Of a DNA stretch of 64,000 nt, positions 9,206 through 19,909 are shown in pieces. The position numbers were made by a program, and so were the translations under genes. Under the pieces are notes generated by a model that searched no databases, was not told where the DNA came from, and saw only the letters and a list, made by a program, of their open reading frames with translations. The stretch comes from Alphaproteobacteria bacterium (lineage in GTDB: Bacteria > Pseudomonadota > Alphaproteobacteria > GCA-2731375). Where the stretch lies: NCBI GenBank assembly GCA_965226475.1, contig CBDDDJ010000004.1, forward strand, positions 1,821,963 to 1,885,962, in the 5' to 3' direction. The first letter of the stretch is position 1. Every line of letters starts with the position of its first letter.

Positions 9206-10438
9206 ATGAGCGGGCACCGGATTTCGATCGACGCCGACCGGCTGTTCGACCGCATCCATGAATTGGGCGCGATCGGCGCGCTGCCCGACGGCGGCGTCGG
9301 CCGCCTGGCGCTGACCGACGCCGACCGGCAGGCGCGCGACCTGCTGGTCGACTGGATGTGGGCGCTTGGCCTCGAAGTGGAGATCGACGCCATCGGCAAC
9401 ATCCTCGGCTGGCGCGAGGGGTCCGAACTCGAAGCCCCGATCATGACCGGTTCCCACATCGACAGCGTCCGCGCGGGCGGGCGGCTGGACGGCGCCTATG
9501 GCGTGCTGGCGGGCCTCGAGGTGGTGGCCTGCCTGAACGATCACCACCTGACCACCCGCCTTCCCCTGGTGGTCGCCGCCTTCACCAACGAGGAGGGCGC
9601 GCGCTTCCAGCCGGACATGCTGGGCTCGCTGGTGCATGTCGGTGGCATGAGCCTCGCCGACGCGCTCGACACGCGCGATGCGGCCGGCGCGCGCCTCGGC
9701 GCGGAGTTGGCGCGGATCGGCTATGCCGGCGGGGCCAGTCCCGGCGCGATCCGCCCCGCGGCCTTCGTCGAGCTGCACATCGAGCAAGGCCCGATCCTGG
9801 AGGCCGAGGGGATCACCATCGGCGCGGTCGAGGGCGTGCAGGGGATCAGCTGGCGGGAATACCTCTTCGCCGGCCAGGCCAACCACGCCGGCACCACACC
9901 GATGCGGCTGCGCCGTGATGCCGGCCTCGCCGCCGCCCGCCTCGCGGTCGCGGTGCGCGAGATCGTCGGCGAAATCGGCGGCGACCAAGTCGGCACCATC
10001 GGCGAGATCGAACTGACGCCCAACGTCATCAACGTGGTCCCCGGCCGGGCGCGAATGACCGTCGACCTTCGCAACACCGACGAGGACCTACTGCGGAAGG
10101 CCGAGGCCCGCGTGGCGGTCGCGGTAGAGGGAATCGCCCGGGCCGAGGGCGTCGGGCTGGAGACCCGCGAACTCGCCCGCTTCGAACCGGTGGTCTTCGA
10201 CGCCGGTCTGGTGGCCCGTATCGAGGACGCGGCGCAAGCGCGCGGCCATAGCCACCGCCGTATGGCATCCGGCGCCGGTCACGACGCGCAGATGCTGGCC
10301 CGCATCGCGCCGGCGGCAATGATTTTCGTTCCCAGCGTCGGCGGCATCAGCCACAACCCGGCCGAACACACCGACGCACCCGACCTCGAAGCCGGCGCCA
10401 ACTTGCTGCTCGACATGATGCTGGAAATGGCCCTTTGA
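9206..10438 (+). CDS. Zn-dependent M20-family amidohydrolase (N-carbamoyl-L-amino-acid hydrolase / allantoate amidohydrolase type)
   Basis: MSGHRISIDADRLFDRIHELGAIG..., then ...TGSHIDSVRAGGRLDGAYGVLAGLEV..., then ...GAGHDAQMLARIAPAAMIFVPSVGGISHNPAEHT, which are typical AmaB/HyuC/AllC motifs. Confidence 0.8.
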   Translation: MSGHRISIDADRLFDRIHELGAIGALPDGGVGRLALTDADRQARDLLVDWMWALGLEVEIDAIGNILGWREGSELEAPIMTGSHIDSVRAGGRLDGAYGVLAGLEVVACLNDHHLTTRLPLVVAAFTNEEGARFQPDMLGSLVHVGGMSLADALDTRDAAGARLGAELARIGYAGGASPGAIRPAAFVELHIEQGPILEAEGITIGAVEGVQGISWREYLFAGQANHAGTTPMRLRRDAGLAAARLAVAVREIVGEIGGDQVGTIGEIELTPNVINVVPGRARMTVDLRNTDEDLLRKAEARVAVAVEGIARAEGVGLETRELARFEPVVFDAGLVARIEDAAQARGHSHRRMASGAGHDAQMLARIAPAAMIFVPSVGGISHNPAEHTDAPDLEAGANLLLDMMLEMAL

Positions 10439-10490
10439 AGCGCGTTCGCCCCGGAGACAGGCAAAAGCTCGGTCGCGCGGTCGCGCGGTA

Positions 10491-13400
10491 TTATTCCGCC
10501 GCCGCCTCGCTGCCGCCGGCGGTCTGACGGGCGACGAGGCGGGCGTAGAGGCCGCCTCGGGCCAGAAGTTCCTGGTGGCTGCCGACTTCGGCGACGCGGC
10601 CGTCCGCCAGCACGACGATGCGGTCGGCCTCGCGCACGGTCGAAAGGCGGTGGGCGATGACCACGGTGGTGCGGTCATGCATCAGGTCGTCGAGGGCGCC
10701 GTGCACCGCGCGCTCGTTGATGGCGTCCAGATGGCTGGTCGCCTCGTCCAGGATCAAGATCGGCGCGTCCTTCAGGAATGCGCGGGCCACGGCGACACGC
10801 TGGCGCTGACCGCCCGAGAGTTGCATGCCGCGCTCGCCGACGGGGGTATCGAGGCCTTGGGGGAGCGAGGCGGTGAAGTCCGAGAGAGCGGCACGGCGGA
10901 TCGCTTCCTCCAGTTCGGCCTCGCTCGCCCCTGGGCGGGCCATTTTGATGTTGGCGCGAAGCGTGTCGTTGAAGAGATAGGTGTCCTGGGCGACGAGGGC
11001 GATGCGCCGGCGCACCTCGTCGAGGGCGAAGTCGCGCAGGTCGCGGCCGTCCATCAGCACCCGGCCCCGGTCCGGATCCCAAAAGCGCATCAGCATATGG
11101 GCGATCGTGGTCTTGCCGGCGCCGGACGGGCCGACCAGGGCCACGGTCTCGCCCAGCGTCACTTCGAAGCTGACGTCGCTCAAGGCGGCACGATTAGCTC
11201 CGTGGTACTGGAAGCTCGCGCCATCGAGGGCCAATGCTGGCGCGCCCGCCTTGGCCGCGCCGGTGCCGGGGCCGTCCGTCACCGCCACTTCCTCGTCGTG
11301 GATCGCATACACCCGGCGGGTCGAGCCCAAGGTATCGGCGAGCTGGCGGCCGATGTTGGCGATCTCCGAGATGGGCAGGAAGGCGGCCATGGCGAGCAGG
11401 GTCAGGATCGGCAGCAGGCCCGCTTCCAGCGCGCCAGCCCGTACCTGGGCCGCGCCGGCGACGACGACGGCGAGACCGCCGAGACCGGTCATGGTCTCCA
11501 GAACCGTCATCTGCCGGGTGAGGTCGCGGAAGAAAGGCAGGCGCACGGCGTGGAAGCGGGCCATGCGGCGGGCGAAATCCTCGCCCCGGGCCGCCTCGCG
11601 CTGGAAGGCGACGATTTCGGTCAGACCCTGCACCGTGTCGACGGCATGCGCGTTCAGGTCGCCCAGGGATTCCCGCGCGCGGGAGCCGAGCTCGTCGACG
11701 CGCTTGCGCAGCATGAAGGGGCTCGTCGCCACCACCGCCAGGAAGGGCGCCAGCGCCAGTGCCAACGGCCAGCCGAAGACGAAGAGCGTGGCCAGCACCA
11801 CGCCCGGCACCAGCACGGCGACGAAGGCCGGCGCGATGGTGTGGGCGAAGAAGAACTCCACCGTCTCCACGTCCTGCGTGGCCGCCGCGACCAGGTCTCC
11901 GGTCCGCCGGCGCAACAGGTATGCCGGCGCCAGGCGGTCGAGCTGCTCGAACAGCGCCACCCGCATCTCAGCCAACAGACGAAACGCCATGTCGTGGGCG
12001 ATCCAGCTTTCGAACCAGTGCAGGATGCCCGCGGCGGGCGCCATGACGGCGAGCCAGACCAGCGCCGGCACCGGATCGCCACCGACTTTCAGCTGGTAGA
12101 CGGCGAGGCCGCTCAACACGCCGATGGCGATGAAGGCAATGACGCGGGTGACGCCGAAGAGGAAGGTGAGCGCCAGCTTGCCCTTCCACGGGATCACCAG
12201 GCGCATCAGCTCCATGATCGCCCGGCCCCAGCCCATGCCCTCGGCCCGGATGATGGCGTCGGTCGGCTCCAGCAGCCCCGTGGCCGCCCCGCCGACGACC
12301 AGATCCTCGGCCGGCGGCGGCGCGGTTTCGGCGCCGTCGTCGATAGTGACCTGGCCGTCGCGGGCCTGGCGGCCCATCAGCTGGTGGTAGATCCCGCCCT
12401 TGGCCATCAGTTCCGCGTGACAGCCGCTTTCCACCACCCGGCCCGCATCCAGCACCAGGATGCGGTCGGCGTCGATCACGCTGGACAGCCTGTGCGCCAG
12501 GATCAGGGTCGTGCGCCCCCGCATCAGCCGGTCGAGGGCTTGGCTGATGATCGCCTCGTTCTCGGCATCGACGGCGGAAAGCGCTTCGTCCAGCACCAGG
12601 ATCGGTGCGTCGCGCAGCAGCGCCCGGGCGATCGCGACGCGCTGGCGCTGCCCGCCCGAAAGCCTGACGCCGCGCTCGCCGATCACCGTGTCGTAGCCCT
12701 GAGGCAGCATGGCGATGAAGTCGTGCGCGTTGGCGGCCCGCGCCGCCTCGATCAGATCGGCTTCGCTCGCGTCCGGCTTGCCGAAGGCCAGATTCTCGCG
12801 AATCGTGCCGTGGAATAGGTAGGTGTCTTGGTTAACCACCGCGATGGCGCGGCGGATGTCGGCCTGGCGGAGCGCGCGCAAGTCGACGCCACCAATGGTG
12901 ATTCGGCCCTCGTTCGGGTCGTAGAGCCTGAGCAACAGGCGGACGATCGAGGATTTACCGGCCCCGCTGGCGCCGACGATGCCGATCCGCTTGCCCGCCT
13001 CGACGGTGAAGTCGAGGCCGCTGTGCGCCGCCTGGCGGCCGCCCGGGTAGGAGAAGCCGACGGCCTCGAAGCGGATCTCGGGCACGAGGCCACCTTCGAC
13101 CGGCTGGGCGTCCCGCGCATCGGTGATCGCGGGCTCGGCGGCCAGGATCGCCGTCACCCCTTCCGCCGCCGACTGGCCGACCATGCCCTGATGAAGGAGC
13201 GAGCGGAGATCGCGCAAGGGCCGAAACACTTCCGTCCCTAGCATCAAGATCACCAGCAGCACGGTGATCTCCATCTGGCCCTCGGCCACCCGCCAAGCAC
13301 CCAGCGCCACCGTGGCCGCCGCGCCGAGCGCGATGCCGGCATCCGTGATGCCGCGCGCCAGCGAGTTGGTCGCCAGCACCCACATGGTCGAGCGGAAGAG

Positions 13401-14090
13401 GTCCCGCGCCTTGGTCGAGAGCATGGCGACCTTGTCGCGGCTCTGCCCGAAGGCCTTCAGCGTGGCGAGGCCCTGGACGCAATCGAGGAATTCGGCGGCG
13501 AAGGCCGCATAGGCCCGTTGCCGTTTCTTCGAATTGTCGCTGTCCCAGCGATGGAAGAGGGCGGGGGCGACCAGGGTCAGCAGCGCGAAGGCGACCATGA
13601 GGATCGCCGTCGGCGCGTCGAGGAAGAGCATGAAGACCAAGATCACCAGCGGCGTCAGCGCGGCGACGAAAAGCTGCGGCAGATACTGGCCGAAATAGGT
13701 CTCCAGCTGCTCCACCCCGTCGACCAGGGAGAGGATGACGTCGCCGGTCCGCGTCAGGCCGAAATGCGCCGGCCCGAGGGCGACGATTCGGTGGTAGAGC
13801 TTCTCGCGCACGCGGGCCTGCACCAGCGCCGCCGTCTCGTGCGCGGTCATGGTGCGCCAGTGTTCGAGCCAACCGCGCACGATCATCACCGCCGCCACGA
13901 GGGCGAAGGGCAACAGCAGTTGGGAGAGACCGACGCCCTGGAACACCTTGCCGATCAGCCAGCCCAAGAGCGCCAGCCGCGCAACCCCGAAACAGGTGGC
14001 GATCAGCCCGACCAGCACGGTGAGCGCGATCCGCCCCCGCACCCCCTCGGTGAAGCCCCAAAGCCTGGAATCGAAATACACGCTGCCCAC
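10491..14090 (-). CDS. Fused ABC exporter with two tandem TMD-NBD halves
   Basis: 1199 aa. There are two Walker A motifs (GASGAGKSS and GPSGAGKTT) and two signature motifs (LSGGQRQRVAIARALL and LSGGQRQRVAVARAFL). Each NBD is preceded by about six hydrophobic helices. Confidence 0.85.
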   Translation of the reverse strand: MGSVYFDSRLWGFTEGVRGRIALTVLVGLIATCFGVARLALLGWLIGKVFQGVGLSQLLLPFALVAAVMIVRGWLEHWRTMTAHETAALVQARVREKLYHRIVALGPAHFGLTRTGDVILSLVDGVEQLETYFGQYLPQLFVAALTPLVILVFMLFLDAPTAILMVAFALLTLVAPALFHRWDSDNSKKRQRAYAAFAAEFLDCVQGLATLKAFGQSRDKVAMLSTKARDLFRSTMWVLATNSLARGITDAGIALGAAATVALGAWRVAEGQMEITVLLVILMLGTEVFRPLRDLRSLLHQGMVGQSAAEGVTAILAAEPAITDARDAQPVEGGLVPEIRFEAVGFSYPGGRQAAHSGLDFTVEAGKRIGIVGASGAGKSSIVRLLLRLYDPNEGRITIGGVDLRALRQADIRRAIAVVNQDTYLFHGTIRENLAFGKPDASEADLIEAARAANAHDFIAMLPQGYDTVIGERGVRLSGGQRQRVAIARALLRDAPILVLDEALSAVDAENEAIISQALDRLMRGRTTLILAHRLSSVIDADRILVLDAGRVVESGCHAELMAKGGIYHQLMGRQARDGQVTIDDGAETAPPPAEDLVVGGAATGLLEPTDAIIRAEGMGWGRAIMELMRLVIPWKGKLALTFLFGVTRVIAFIAIGVLSGLAVYQLKVGGDPVPALVWLAVMAPAAGILHWFESWIAHDMAFRLLAEMRVALFEQLDRLAPAYLLRRRTGDLVAAATQDVETVEFFFAHTIAPAFVAVLVPGVVLATLFVFGWPLALALAPFLAVVATSPFMLRKRVDELGSRARESLGDLNAHAVDTVQGLTEIVAFQREAARGEDFARRMARFHAVRLPFFRDLTRQMTVLETMTGLGGLAVVVAGAAQVRAGALEAGLLPILTLLAMAAFLPISEIANIGRQLADTLGSTRRVYAIHDEEVAVTDGPGTGAAKAGAPALALDGASFQYHGANRAALSDVSFEVTLGETVALVGPSGAGKTTIAHMLMRFWDPDRGRVLMDGRDLRDFALDEVRRRIALVAQDTYLFNDTLRANIKMARPGASEAELEEAIRRAALSDFTASLPQGLDTPVGERGMQLSGGQRQRVAVARAFLKDAPILILDEATSHLDAINERAVHGALDDLMHDRTTVVIAHRLSTVREADRIVVLADGRVAEVGSHQELLARGGLYARLVARQTAGGSEAAAE

Positions 14091-14149
14091 CTCGAAACGC
14101 TCCGCGCCCGATCGATCGGCGGGCGCGGTTCCCTGTCTTCAAACTAGCA

Positions 14150-14640
14150 TGGATCACCGCGTCGGATTACTTCATTGCTCGACGGGCCAGTTGGGTGGAC
14201 GGCTGTTCTGGATCTCGACTGGAAGCCCAGCAGGTCGGCGACGCGGTCGGGGAAGGCGCCGATGTCGAGGCCCGTGCCCGTGGGGCCGAGGGCGCGGGGG
14301 GGCGGGCGCTCCCCGGCGCCCGGCCGAGGCCGAGATCGATCCGGCCAGGATGGAGCGTCTCCAGCATGCGGAAGCTTTCCGCCACCTCGAGGGCCGAATA
14401 ATGGTTGAGAATCACGCCGCCGGGGCCGATCCGCATGTGGCGCGTCAGCGATGCGACGCGGCCGATCAAGATCTCGGGCGCGGTGCCCGCCAGGCCCACG
14501 GCATTGTGGTGTTCGGCCAGCCAGTAGCGGTGATAGCCGAGGCCGCCGCAGTGGCGGGCGAGTTCCAGGGTCTCCCGATTTGCTCCCGCCGCCGTGCCGC
14601 CTTCGACGATCGGCGACTGGTCGAGGACGGCGAGCTTCAC
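14150..14640 (-). pseudogene. MsnO8-type LLM-class flavin-dependent oxidoreductase, N-terminal remnant, frameshifted at a G7 run and 3'-truncated
   Basis: From a GTG start, the minus-strand translation reads [110 protein letters not shown]. Homology then continues in another frame (...ALGPTGTGLDIGAFPDRVADLLGF) after the G7 tract at 14296-14302. The ORF stops at about 14150, whereas full-length family members are about 330 aa. Confidence 0.6.
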
Positions 14641-15617
14641 GTCGCCCGTTTGGCCATCTCGGCGGCTTCCATGGCCCCGAAATCGAACGGCCCCTCGGCC
14701 GCGACGCGGCGCAGCTGGCCGTTCCGCGCCTTCACCATCCAGGTGAGCGCCTCGTTGTAGGGCGTCGGGATACCGAGCGCCCGGCCCTCCCGCACCACGG
14801 CGCCGTTCAGCGCATCGATCTCGGTCGGCCGGTTCGCTTCCATGTGCTGCAGCATGGAGGGTTTGTTGAACTTGAAGGTATAGGCCTTGATGTGGCCGAG
14901 GGGGTCGGGCGTGGCGAGGCGGATGCCCTTGGCCTCGGCGATGGCCAGCGCCTCCTCGACGCATTTCGTCTGCATCAGATCGGCGCCCTCGTGCAGCGGG
15001 ATTTCGCCGACGCGCAGTTCCAGCAGCGCGCAGAGCGGGTTGAGGGCGCAGTTGTGAATGAACTTGCTCCAGCAGATACCCATGACGTTGTCGGAGATCT
15101 CGGGTCCCAGGCCGCCGCGCTCCAGCGCCGCGACAAGGGCCTGCAGCCGCTGGCTGGTGCGCCCGTCGAGCTCGCCCAGGTAGGTCTTGCCGGCGTGGCT
15201 GTGGCGCGGCCGGCCGGGCCCGAGCATGAGCGCGCTGTGGTAGCTGACGCCGCCCAGCACGCGCTCTTCGCCCAAGGCGGCGACCAGCGTCTCGACGTTG
15301 CCGATGCCGTTCTGCAAGGTAATGGCGATACCATCGGGTTTCAGCGCCGCCTTGGCGGTCTGGGCCGCGGCATCGCGGTTGTTGGTATCGGTCTGCACGA
15401 TGGCGACGTCGTAGTCGCCCGGCCGGTCGAGGCGCTCGTGGATCGGCACTTCCACATGCACCGCCTCGCCGACGTCGTCGAGCACGAGGCCGTTCTCGCG
15501 GATGGCCTGGACATGCTCCGCCCAGGTGTCGATCAGGGTGACATCGACCCCGGCCTTGGCCATCAGGCCACCGTAAGTCCCGCCCATGGCGCCCGCGCCG
15601 ATGATGACGATCCGCAT
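14637..15617 (-). CDS. panE: 2-dehydropantoate 2-reductase (ketopantoate reductase)
   Basis: [30 protein letters not shown]..., then ...[33 protein letters not shown]. Its TGA stop overlaps the GTG start of the downstream LLM remnant (GTGA). Confidence 0.8.
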   Translation of the reverse strand: MRIVIIGAGAMGGTYGGLMAKAGVDVTLIDTWAEHVQAIRENGLVLDDVGEAVHVEVPIHERLDRPGDYDVAIVQTDTNNRDAAAQTAKAALKPDGIAITLQNGIGNVETLVAALGEERVLGGVSYHSALMLGPGRPRHSHAGKTYLGELDGRTSQRLQALVAALERGGLGPEISDNVMGICWSKFIHNCALNPLCALLELRVGEIPLHEGADLMQTKCVEEALAIAEAKGIRLATPDPLGHIKAYTFKFNKPSMLQHMEANRPTEIDALNGAVVREGRALGIPTPYNEALTWMVKARNGQLRRVAAEGPFDFGAMEAAEMAKRAT

Positions 15618-15712
15618 CGCAATATCCTCCCCGCCGTTTGGTCGGACCATGCTCTAGCATGGCGGAGCGCGCCGGGGCTATTGTGCGACGAGATCCGCAC
15701 GGGAGCCCGACC

Positions 15713-16885
15713 ATGTTGCCCAACGCCTATCCGACCCTCGATTTCGGCCTCGGCGAGACCGCCGACATGCTGCGCGACAGCGTCGCCAGCTTCGCCGCCG
15801 ACCATGTCGCCCCGCGCGCCGACGAGGTCGACCGCACCGACACCTTTCCCCGCGACCTCTGGCCCAAGATCGGCGAGCTGGGCCTGCACGGCATTACGGT
15901 GGAAGAGGAATACGGCGGCGCCGGCATGGGCTATCTGGAACATGTCATCGCGGTGGAGGAGATGTCGCGCGCCTCGGGCTCGATCGGACTCAGCTACGGC
16001 GCGCACTCGAACCTTTGCGTCAACCAGATCCGCCGCAACGCCAGCGAAGCGCAGAAGCGGCGTTACCTGCCGAAGCTGATTTCGGGCGAGCATGTAGGCT
16101 CCCTCGCCATGTCGGAGCCCTCGGCCGGCTCCGACGTGGTCTCGATGAAGCTCCGAGCGGAGAAGAAGGGCGACCGCTACGTGCTGAACGGCAACAAGAT
16201 GTGGATTACCAACGGCCCCGATGCCGACGTGCTCTTCGTCTATGCCAAGACCGATCCGGAGGCCGGGCCCAAGGGCATCTCCGCCTTCCTGATCGAGAAG
16301 GGCTTTCCCGGCTTCTCCACCGCGCAGAAGCTCGACAAGCTCGGCATGCGCGGCTCCTCGACCTGCGAGTTGCTGTTCCAGGATTGCGAGGTGCTCGAGG
16401 AGAATCTGGTCGGCGGCGAGAACAACGGCGTGCGGCTGCTGATGAGCGGCCTCGACTACGAGCGCGCGGTGCTGGCCGCCGGGCCCTTGGGGATCATGCA
16501 ATCCTGCATGGACGTGGTGATCCCCTACGTCCACCAGCGCGAGCAGTTCGGCCAGCCGATCGGCGAGTTTCAGCTGATGCAGGGCAAACTCGCCGACATG
16601 TACACTACCATGAATGCGACGCGCGCCTATGTCTATGCCGTGGCCCAGGCCTGCGACCGGGGTCAGACCACCCGCAAGGACGCCGCTGGCGCGATCCTCT
16701 ACGCGGCGGAAAAGGCGACCTGGATGACCTTGGAAGCAATCCAGGCCCTGGGTGGCATGGGCTACATCAACGAGTCGCCCACCGGTCGTTTTCTGCGCGA
16801 CGCCAAGCTCTACGAAATCGGCGCCGGCACTTCGGAAATTCGCCGCATGCTGATCGGGCGCGAACTCTTCATCGAGACGGCCTGA
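15713..16885 (+). CDS. ivd: Isovaleryl-CoA dehydrogenase
   Basis: [24 protein letters not shown]..., then ...[56 protein letters not shown]..., then ...[21 protein letters not shown]. Confidence 0.85.
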   Translation: MLPNAYPTLDFGLGETADMLRDSVASFAADHVAPRADEVDRTDTFPRDLWPKIGELGLHGITVEEEYGGAGMGYLEHVIAVEEMSRASGSIGLSYGAHSNLCVNQIRRNASEAQKRRYLPKLISGEHVGSLAMSEPSAGSDVVSMKLRAEKKGDRYVLNGNKMWITNGPDADVLFVYAKTDPEAGPKGISAFLIEKGFPGFSTAQKLDKLGMRGSSTCELLFQDCEVLEENLVGGENNGVRLLMSGLDYERAVLAAGPLGIMQSCMDVVIPYVHQREQFGQPIGEFQLMQGKLADMYTTMNATRAYVYAVAQACDRGQTTRKDAAGAILYAAEKATWMTLEAIQALGGMGYINESPTGRFLRDAKLYEIGAGTSEIRRMLIGRELFIETA

Positions 16886-16887
16886 CC

Positions 16888-18603
16888 ATGTCCGAGACGA
16901 CCAATTCCGAATCGTTCGGCGCGCTCTGGCCGGGCGGGCCTTATGCGGTGGACATCGTCGAGCCGGCGCCTCGGCCTTCGAGCTTGGCGGGCAAGACCAT
17001 CGGCTTTCTCTGGGACGACATGTTCCGGGGGGAGGAGATCTTTCCCGTGATCGAGGACGAGATCCGCGCCCGCCATCCCGACGCGCGCTTCGTCGGTTGG
17101 CGGGCTTTCGGCTCGATCTTCGGCGGCGAGGAACACCGGGTGCTGGAGGAATTGCCCCGCCGCTTGGCGGAGGAGAGGGTCGATGCTGTCGTTTGCGGGG
17201 TCGGCTGTTGAGGCCCGTGCACGCCCGCCGTGATGCGGGCGAGCGCGGTGGTCGAAAAGGCCGGTATCCCGACGGCATTGCTGGTCTGTGACGGCTTCCT
17301 CGGCCAGGGGGCGGTGACGGCGGGCGGGCTGGGTATCCGGGCGCTGCCCATCGCCCGCCTCGTCGGCCATGTCGACGGGCAGGATGCCTCGGAACTTCGC
17401 GACAACGTCCGCCGCGTCACCACCGGCGATGTCGTGCGCCACCTGACCAGGGGCCCCGAGGCGGGCACGAATGGCGACGATTTCGCCTCGGGCGACATCG
17501 TCGCCGAAGGGAGCTTCGACGCGGTCAACGAGATCTTCGAGGCGCGCGGTTGGACCGACGGTCTGCCGATCGTGCCGCCGACGGCCGGCAAGGTCGCCGC
17601 CTTCCTGGCCCGGACCGACGACGACCCCGAACGAGTCATTGGCACGCTGCGGCCCGCCGGGCGGGCGGCCACGGTCGGGAACGTCGCGGTCAACGGCGTC
17701 ATGGCCGGCTGCCGGCCGGACTACATGCCCGTACTGATCGCCGTCGCCGAGGTGCTGGCCGATCCCGGCTACGGGGTCGAACACAGCGGCGATACCACGG
17801 GCGGCGACGCCCTGATCATGCTGTCTGGCCCGATCATCCAAGAACTCGGCTTCTACACCGAGAACGCCTCGATGCGGGAGGGCACCCGCGCCAACACCAG
17901 CGTCGGCCGCTTCCTGCGCCTCTTCCTGCGGAATGTCGCCGGCTGCCTGCCGGGGGCCGGCGACAAGAGCACCTTCGGCAATCCGGCCAAGGTCGTGCTG
18001 GCGGAACACGAGGACGAAGTCCGGAAATTGGGCTGGCCGCTTTTCGCCCAGGACCGGGGCTTCGACGCTGGTACCAACGTCGTCACCATCGCCCGGTTCA
18101 CCAGTGGCGGCGTCATCGGCTCGATCTACGGCAACGACCCAGAGGTGATCAGCGCCTATCTCGCCGACGGCCTAGTACGCCATTCGGGCTGGGAGCTGAT
18201 CTTCACCGTCGGCTTCGCGCCGGGCACCTACCGCCCCTTGCTGGTGATCAGCCCCATGGTGGCCAAGACCTTGGCCCGCGCCGGCTGGTCGAAGGCGGAT
18301 TTCCGCCAGGCACTGTTCCGCCACGCCCGCCTGCCGGCCTCGAAAATGGAGACTTTCCTCGGCCCCTGGACCAACCTGTTGCCGGGCCGCCCGAAGCTCG
18401 GCCAACTGGTGGCGGCGGGAAGCGCCGATCCCCTGTTCGCCGAGGCCGACGATCCCGACCGCCTGGTGCCGATCGTGAAACGCGCGGAGGACATCATGAT
18501 TCTGGTGAGCGGCGATCCGTTGCGCTCCAACGCCTTCGCGCTCGCCAGCAACGGCATGCACGGCTTCCCGACCAGCCGCGAGATCCGCCCGCCGGAGCGT
18601 TGA
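16888..18603 (+). CDS. Candidate selenoprotein of the UGSC-motif type. The two ORFs 16888-17211 and 17230-18603 are in the same frame and are joined by a single in-frame TGA at 17209-17211
   Basis: The read-through translation is ...VDAVVCGVGC-U-GPCTPAVMRASAVVEKAGIPTALLVCDGF... A hairpin lies 10 nt downstream of the TGA. The second ORF has no Shine-Dalgarno sequence. A second selenoprotein-like gene occurs in the same window. The alternative interpretation is two separate genes. Confidence 0.5.
17222..17241 (+). promoter_or_regulatory. Candidate bacterial SECIS stem-loop downstream of the in-frame UGA
   Basis: The stem is cgcccgc/gcgggcg (7 bp) and the loop is cgugau (containing G and U). 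It starts 11 nt 3' of the UGA. Confidence 0.4.
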
Positions 18604-18733
18604 ACCGGGGTCGCGCGACGCATGTTTCGGTAGACTGAAGTCTCCTCCGACGGCGGATGACGAAGACTGACGGGTCGACTGCTGGCGACGCTGACAAACT
18701 CGGCCAGGATCGCGGCGAGGCCACGCCCCAGCC

Positions 18734-19873
18734 TCAGCTCTCGGCGCGCAAGGCCCGGCCAATGACCAGTTTCTGCACGTCGCTGGTGCCTTCGTAGATC
18801 TGGGTCACGCGGACGTCGCGGTAGATCCGCTCGACGCCATAATCCGATAGATAGCCATAGCCGCCCAGGGTCTGGATCGCGGCGGAGCAGACCCGTTCCG
18901 CCATCTCGGAGGCGAAGAGCTTGGCCATCGAGGCTTCCTTCAGGGAGGGCAGACCCGCGTCCAGCAGGCGGGCGGCGTGGTGGGTTAGCTGTCGGGCCGC
19001 CTCGATCTCCGTCGCCATTTCGGCCAGGCGGAAATCCACCGCCTGATGTTCGATGATCGGTTTGCCGAAGGCCTCGCGCTCCTGGGCGTATCCGAGCGCT
19101 TGCGACCAGGCGGCACGCGCCATGCCCGCCGCCTGCGCGGCGATGCCGATGCGCCCCGTCGAGAGGTTGGCCAGAGCGATCTTGTAGCCTTCGCCGGGCG
19201 CGCCCAGCATGTCGTCGGACGAGACGCGAAGGCCGTCGAGCACGATGTGGCAGGTGTCGGAACTGCGTTGGCCGAGTTTTTCCTCGATTCGGGCGACGGT
19301 GTAGCCTTCCGCCGGGATTGCGGCGAGGAAGCAGGAGATGCCGCGTTTGCCGGCCGCCGGATCAGTCACGGCGAAGATCATCGCGACCTTCGATATGCTG
19401 CCGGAGGTGATGAACTGCTTGTCGCCGGTGATGACCCAATGGTTGCCGTCGTCGACGGCGCGGGTGCGGAGGTTCGAGGCATCGGAGCCCGCTTGCGGCT
19501 CGCTCAGCAGGAAGCAACCGATGATCTCGCCCCGGGCGAGGGGTGTCAGCCAGCGGGCCTTTTGTTCCTCCGAGCCATACTTCTGAATCGCGGCGCAGAC
19601 TGGCGAATTGTTGACGCTCATCACCGTCGAGCAACCGCCCTCGCCAGCCGCGATTTCCTCCAGCGCCAAGATATAGGACATGAAGTCGGCGCCGGCCCCG
19701 CCCCAGGCCTCGTCGACGCAGACCCCCATCAGGCCGAGCTTGCCCATCCGCCGCAACACCTCGGGCGGAATGCATCCCGCCCGCTCCCATTCGGCGGCGT
19801 TGGGGTGGAGTTCGTTCAGGGCGAACGCCCGCGCCATCTGCTGGATGATCCGTTGTTCCTCGTCGAGCATCAT
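18734..19873 (-). CDS. Acyl-CoA dehydrogenase (short/branched-chain type)
   Basis: 379 aa, ...GSEEQKARWLTPLARGEIIGCFLLSEPQAGSDASNLRTRA..., ...YEGTSDVQKLVIGRALR. Confidence 0.85.
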   Translation of the reverse strand: MMLDEEQRIIQQMARAFALNELHPNAAEWERAGCIPPEVLRRMGKLGLMGVCVDEAWGGAGADFMSYILALEEIAAGEGGCSTVMSVNNSPVCAAIQKYGSEEQKARWLTPLARGEIIGCFLLSEPQAGSDASNLRTRAVDDGNHWVITGDKQFITSGSISKVAMIFAVTDPAAGKRGISCFLAAIPAEGYTVARIEEKLGQRSSDTCHIVLDGLRVSSDDMLGAPGEGYKIALANLSTGRIGIAAQAAGMARAAWSQALGYAQEREAFGKPIIEHQAVDFRLAEMATEIEAARQLTHHAARLLDAGLPSLKEASMAKLFASEMAERVCSAAIQTLGGYGYLSDYGVERIYRDVRVTQIYEGTSDVQKLVIGRALRAES

Positions 19874-19909
19874 CGCAAAGCCTCGCCCTCTCGGGGGATA
19901 GTGCCGGCC

